Of a DNA stretch of 64,000 nucleotides, positions 59,888 to 64,000 are shown one piece after another; the stretch's first letter is position 1; the number at the start of each line of letters is the position of its first letter. Source of the DNA: an uncultured Cohaesibacter sp. (GTDB taxonomy: Bacteria; Pseudomonadota; Alphaproteobacteria; Rhizobiales; Cohaesibacteraceae); contig CAXXSO010000032.1 of assembly GCA_963676965.2 (NCBI GenBank), forward strand, positions 34,199 to 98,198. Direction: 5' to 3'. Position numbers and translations under genes: made by a program. Below the pieces are notes generated by a model. It worked only from the letters and a program-made list of their open reading frames with translations. It was not told the DNA's origin and ran no database searches.

Positions 59888-60913
59888 TTAGTTACAAGGA
59901 GCTGGACCGTTTTTAACGCCCTGGCAAAGAGCTTCTACTGAGATCCAGCCACCGTCGGTGACAACAGTCAGGTTGTCTTTGGTGATGGGGATCGGAGCCA
60001 GGAAACGGGCAGTCATTTTGGTGCCTGATGGGGAAGTCCATGCGCCAGCGCCTTCGACATCCGCCATTTCGGTACCACCAGCCAAAGTAACAGCAATTTC
60101 AGCTGCGGCTTTGCCGAGGTCACGAGCGTCTTTCCAGACAGACACGGTCTGCGTACCCTTGGCAACGCGGTTCAAGGCGGCATGGTCGCCATCCTGACCG
60201 GATACCGGAATACCTTCCATGCCCTGAGCGGTCAGAGCGGCAACAACACCACCAGCGGTGCCGTCGTTGGAAGCCACAACAGCATCAACTTTGTTGTCGT
60301 TAGCTGTCAGGATCTGTTCCATGTTGCGCTGAGCGTTGGCAGGCAGCCAGCCATCCGTGTAGGCTTCGCCAACGATTTTGATGTCGCCCTTGTCAATCGC
60401 TGCCTGCAGGACTTCCTGCTGACCGCCACGCAGGAAGTCTGCGTTTGGATCGGTAGGCGAGCCTTTGATCATGACATAGTTGCCTTTTGGCTGTGCCTTA
60501 TAGACGGCGCGAGCCTGCATACGGCCAACTTCAACATTGTCAAAGGTCAGATAGAAAGCACGATCATCTTCGATGAGACGGTCATAGGCAATCACAGGAA
60601 TGCCTTCGTCGGCGGCATTCTGAACGGCTGGAATGATTGCTTCGGTGTCCTGAGCCAGAACAATCAGTGCATTCACGCCCTGAGCCATCAGCGCTTCAAT
60701 ATCGCTAAGCTGTTTGGACGAAGAAGACTGAGCATCGGCGGAAACATATTTAGCGCCAGCAGCATCAAGCGCCTTAACAATTGCGGCTTCGTCAGTTTTC
60801 CAGCGTTCTTCCTGGAAATTAGACCAGCTGACACCCACAACAAGATCTGCGGCAAGCGCAGGCGTAAAGATAGACGCGCTCAAAAGAGCCGCCATAAGCA
60901 GAGACTTTTTCAT
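59888..60913 (-). CDS. xylF: D-xylose ABC substrate-binding protein
   Basis: Signal peptide, [29 protein letters not shown] and VSGQD.D; start at 60913. Confidence 0.92.
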   Translation of the reverse strand: MKKSLLMAALLSASIFTPALAADLVVGVSWSNFQEERWKTDEAAIVKALDAAGAKYVSADAQSSSSKQLSDIEALMAQGVNALIVLAQDTEAIIPAVQNAADEGIPVIAYDRLIEDDRAFYLTFDNVEVGRMQARAVYKAQPKGNYVMIKGSPTDPNADFLRGGQQEVLQAAIDKGDIKIVGEAYTDGWLPANAQRNMEQILTANDNKVDAVVASNDGTAGGVVAALTAQGMEGIPVSGQDGDHAALNRVAKGTQTVSVWKDARDLGKAAAEIAVTLAGGTEMADVEGAGAWTSPSGTKMTARFLAPIPITKDNLTVVTDGGWISVEALCQGVKNGPAPCN

Positions 60914-60978
60914 ATCTGTTCCTCCCAAGAACATAACAGCCAGTTCAGCATGGGCTGCTCCGACTATCAATACCATTA

Positions 60979-61001
60979 TTTATTTTGATGCTCAAATTAA
61001 A
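60979..61001. promoter_or_regulatory. Candidate XylR operator upstream of xylF
   Basis: TTTATTTTG-ATGCT-CAAATTAAA, same 9-5-9 form as the site upstream of xylB. Confidence 0.65.
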
Positions 61002-61119
61002 AATTCAACTCTTTTCTTTGGTCACAGAATTTCTGCAAGATTTTCCGGTAAAGGAGCGTTAGTATGTCATTTGAAACACATCATGATTTGCAAAAAGATC
61101 CACAAACGAAGCCCGCCAG

Positions 61120-62355
61120 ATGAGCAAACCCAGCAAAAAACCGTCCCATATTCCAGAACAACGCAATCAGGGGCGACATCTGGTCTTCTCTCACATTCGC
61201 AACAATCATCAGGTCGCCCGGATCGACATTGCCAATGAAACCGGCATGAGTCCGGCCACCGTCACGGCAATTACGGCTGAATTGTTGGGCCTGGGGCTGA
61301 TCGAAGAAGTCCAGCGCACCATCGAACCGGGCCAGTCGCGCAGGGGTCGGCCACGGGTTGACCTCAAGTTACGCGGCAAAGCCCATTTTGTTGCCGGGAT
61401 GAAGCTGACCAACAAATATGCCACAGCGGTGATTCTCGATCTGGAAGGCAACCAGCTGGGCAACGCCCAATTGCCCATGCCACGCCCACGGCTCAGCAAC
61501 AAGGAGTTCCAGAACCTGATTGTCGCCATGGTGGATCTTGTGACCCAATCAGCCAACATGGACATCAAGGATTTGTCCTGCATCGGCGTCGGCATTCCCG
61601 GCACCGTGCAGGCAGAAAACGGCTTTGTCGACTGGAGTCCGATCATCGAGGAAGAGCAGTGCAATCTGCAAGAGGTGTTGCAAGAAGTCCTGCCTATGCC
61701 AGCCTTCATCGAAAATGATGCCAACGCTGTGGCAATGGCAGAATTGTGGTTTGGATTTGGCCGTGACGCCCCGGATTTTCTGGTTGTCACCATCGAGCAG
61801 GGCGTGGGCCTGGGCATCGTCATTGACAGTTCAATTTATCGCGGCACCCAAGGCTTTGGCGCAGAATTCGGCCACACCAAGGTCCAATTAGAAGGCGCTT
61901 TGTGCCGCTGTGGCCAGCGCGGCTGTCTGGAGGCCTATGTCTCGGACTATGCCCTGCTGCGTGAAGCAGAACTCTTTATCCAGAAGCCATCCAGCTCGGA
62001 CGAAAATAACCGCCTTGCCGAATTGTACGAAATGGCCCGCAACGGCGACATGATGGCCAAGACGATCTTTGATCGCGCCAGTCGGATGTTTGCTATGGGT
62101 TTGGCAAATCTCGTCAATCTGTTCGACCCTTCGCTGGTCATTCTGGCTGGCGAACAGATGCAGTTCGACTATCTCTATGCCCAAACGGTTCTGGATGCGG
62201 TCAAATCCTCGACCATCCAGAAGGGGCACCATGCCCCCGAAATCCGCATCCACAAATGGGGCGACCTGATGTGGGCCAAAGGCGCAGCCGCCTATGCGCT
62301 TGAAGAGATTGTTCGAATCACCATCGAACAGCTCAACGCACCTGACGCTTCTTGA
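61120..62355 (+). CDS. xylR: ROK-family xylose repressor
   Basis: HTH (TGMSPATVT), RGRP, ENDAN, EFGH and CRCGQRGCLE; lies between xylF and xylB. Confidence 0.85.
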   Translation: MSKPSKKPSHIPEQRNQGRHLVFSHIRNNHQVARIDIANETGMSPATVTAITAELLGLGLIEEVQRTIEPGQSRRGRPRVDLKLRGKAHFVAGMKLTNKYATAVILDLEGNQLGNAQLPMPRPRLSNKEFQNLIVAMVDLVTQSANMDIKDLSCIGVGIPGTVQAENGFVDWSPIIEEEQCNLQEVLQEVLPMPAFIENDANAVAMAELWFGFGRDAPDFLVVTIEQGVGLGIVIDSSIYRGTQGFGAEFGHTKVQLEGALCRCGQRGCLEAYVSDYALLREAELFIQKPSSSDENNRLAELYEMARNGDMMAKTIFDRASRMFAMGLANLVNLFDPSLVILAGEQMQFDYLYAQTVLDAVKSSTIQKGHHAPEIRIHKWGDLMWAKGAAAYALEEIVRITIEQLNAPDAS

Positions 62356-62440
62356 CGCTCCTTCCAGCCAATTTATCTCCCTCCCCCGCCAGCAGAGCAT
62401 GATGTGTCACGCCATCCCTTGAGCAGCTGGCGCCAGCAAC

Positions 62441-62517
62441 CAAGGCTGGACACCAAGACTGAGCCTCAAGGCTGGACACCAGCATCGGGCACGAACAAGT
62501 GACACCAGCATCGGGCA
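62441..62517. repeat. Degenerate tandem repeat with 26-bp period
   Basis: GACACCA at 62449, 62475 and 62501; CAAGGCTGGACACCA twice and GACACCAGCATCGGGCA twice. Confidence 0.7.
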
Positions 62518-62634
62518 TCCCTGTAACTTTCCACAAGATCACGACAGACAATCACACCGAATTATCGGTCAATCTCAATCATCTGCCGCACCGGCACAAT
62601 CGGTTTCGCAGTGCGGTCTTGTCGTCGCGCTTGA

Positions 62635-62657
62635 TTTATTTTACGAACTAAAATAAA
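62635..62657. promoter_or_regulatory. Perfect 9-5-9 inverted repeat, candidate XylR operator upstream of xylB
   Basis: TTTATTTTA-CGAAC-TAAAATAAA. Confidence 0.72.
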
Positions 62658-62726
62658 CTTTTTACGAAGAAAACTCCGGCCCGTTCCACCCGATCTTGGG
62701 TATCACGGACCGGTTGGGAGGAAATC

Positions 62727-64000
62727 ATGTATTTAGGAATTGACCTGGGCACGTCCGGGATCAAGCTGCTGGTCATGGACGAACGCCAGCAGATTGTGGC
62801 CACTGTCAACCAACCCCTCAGCGTTCAACGCCCCGATATCGGCTGGAGCGAGCAAGATCCGGAAAGCTGGATCAGCGCCACCGCCAAGGCGTTCGACGAA
62901 CTGGCCGCCAACGCTCCGCAAGCGGTCAAGGACGTCCGCGCCATTGGCCTGTCCGGTCAGATGCATGGTGCCACCATGCTTGATGAAGACGACAAGCCTG
63001 TCGCCCCCTGCATTCTGTGGAACGACACCCGCTCCCACAAAGAAGCCGCAGAGCTGGACGCCACTGAAGGGTTCCGCGCGCTGACAGGAAATATTGTCTT
63101 TCCCGGCTTCACCGCACCGAAACTGGCATGGATGCGCAACAACAAGCCAGAGCTGTTTGATCGCATCAAGAAAGTCCTGCTGCCCAAGGATTATCTCCGC
63201 CTCTGGCTCACCGGCGACTATGTGTCGGACTATTCCGACAGCGCTGGCACCGCATGGCTTGATGTTGGCAGCCGCACCTGGTCTGACCAGCTGCTTGCCG
63301 CAACAGGCCTTGATCAGACCCACATGCCAGCCCTTGCCGAAAGCATCGAGAGCACCGGCAAGATTCGTCAGGCACTGGTCGAACGCTGGGGCTTCTCCCC
63401 TGACACCATCGTGGCCGGCGGGGCCGGCGACAATGCGGCATCAGCTCTGGCGACCGGCATCGTGGCCGAAGGCGATGCCTTCCTGTCGCTTGGCACCAGT
63501 GGCGTGATCTATGCTGCCACCAACAGCTACCGCCCGCTGCCAGAAAGCGCAGTGCATACCTTCTGCCATTCGACAGCCAACCATTGGTGCCATATGGCGG
63601 TAATTCTGGCTGCCACCGATGCCCTCAACTGGTATGCCAAGCTGGTCGGCTCGGATGCTGCCACCCTGACCAAGGCTTTGGGCAACGAGGTCCATGCCCC
63701 GGGATCGACGCTTTTCTTCCCCTATCTTGGCGGCGAACGCACCCCGCATAACGACGCCAGCATTCGCGGAGGCTTCGTCGGCCTTGCCCATCCGGATGAT
63801 TGCGAAAGCCTCACCCGCACCGTTCTTGAAGGGATTTCCTACGCCTTCATGGATGGCATCAAGGCACTCGAAGCCGCAGGCACCCATCTTGACCGACTGA
63901 TTGCAGTCGGCGGTGGGTCCTCGTCAGACTATTGGCTCTCCCTGCTCGCCACGATTCTGGGCAAGCAGATTGACCGCCCGGCCGCCGGTGATTTCGGCGG
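62727..64000 (+). CDS. xylB: Xylulokinase, runs off the window edge
   Basis: Read manually. ATG at 62727 after GGGAGG; MYLGIDLGTSGIK, GWSEQDP, LSGQMHG, ILWND, LPKDY, GDNAA, SLGTSG, PYLGGERTP and VGGG. Confidence 0.93.
   Translation, partial: MYLGIDLGTSGIKLLVMDERQQIVATVNQPLSVQRPDIGWSEQDPESWISATAKAFDELAANAPQAVKDVRAIGLSGQMHGATMLDEDDKPVAPCILWNDTRSHKEAAELDATEGFRALTGNIVFPGFTAPKLAWMRNNKPELFDRIKKVLLPKDYLRLWLTGDYVSDYSDSAGTAWLDVGSRTWSDQLLAATGLDQTHMPALAESIESTGKIRQALVERWGFSPDTIVAGGAGDNAASALATGIVAEGDAFLSLGTSGVIYAATNSYRPLPESAVHTFCHSTANHWCHMAVILAATDALNWYAKLVGSDAATLTKALGNEVHAPGSTLFFPYLGGERTPHNDASIRGGFVGLAHPDDCESLTRTVLEGISYAFMDGIKALEAAGTHLDRLIAVGGGSSSDYWLSLLATILGKQIDRPAAGDFG

Noticed and set aside
54287-60913. 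Di-heme/CRTAC1 genes as the tail of the xylFHG operon
   Set aside because: A terminator-like hairpin at 57546-57589 and a 200-nt gap with its own motifs argue for a separate transcript. Read-through is not excluded.
62426-62517. Possible mini-CRISPR array
   Set aside because: Only three degenerate units, no unique spacers, too short a period and no cas genes.

Overview
GC-rich bacterial chromosomal segment. Gene content and order suggest an alphaproteobacterium, probably Hyphomicrobiales/Rhodobacterales-like (inference). It is almost entirely nutrient-uptake and catabolic loci: (1) a sugar ABC ATPase divergent from mtnK-mtnA-SorC regulator-class II aldolase (DHAP-shunt/5-deoxypentose type); (2) an amino-sugar locus (cutC, ROK kinase, nagA and SIS deaminase both frameshifted, GntR regulator, murQ, ABC importer, Gfo/Idh/MocA); (3) a tandem pair of paralogous hypothetical membrane proteins; (4) a LacI-controlled monosaccharide ABC importer with a TIM-barrel isomerase and a Gfo/Idh/MocA enzyme; (5) an RpiR-controlled TRAP plus gamma-glutamylation pathway (ethanolamine type); (6) usp, pyrC, panBC, pxpABC; (7) a chemoreceptor with a periplasmic c-type heme motif; (8) frcBCA/frcR, galM, aas; (9) an orphan MsrQ-like gene converging on a translationally coupled secreted di-heme (DHOR) enzyme plus CRTAC1/ASPIC-UnbV beta-propeller pair, the best candidate here for an undescribed system; (10) xylFHG, xylR, xylB. 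I saw no rRNA, tRNA, CRISPR array, IS element or phage gene. Eight frameshifts, all apparent small insertions, are most simply explained as sequencing errors.
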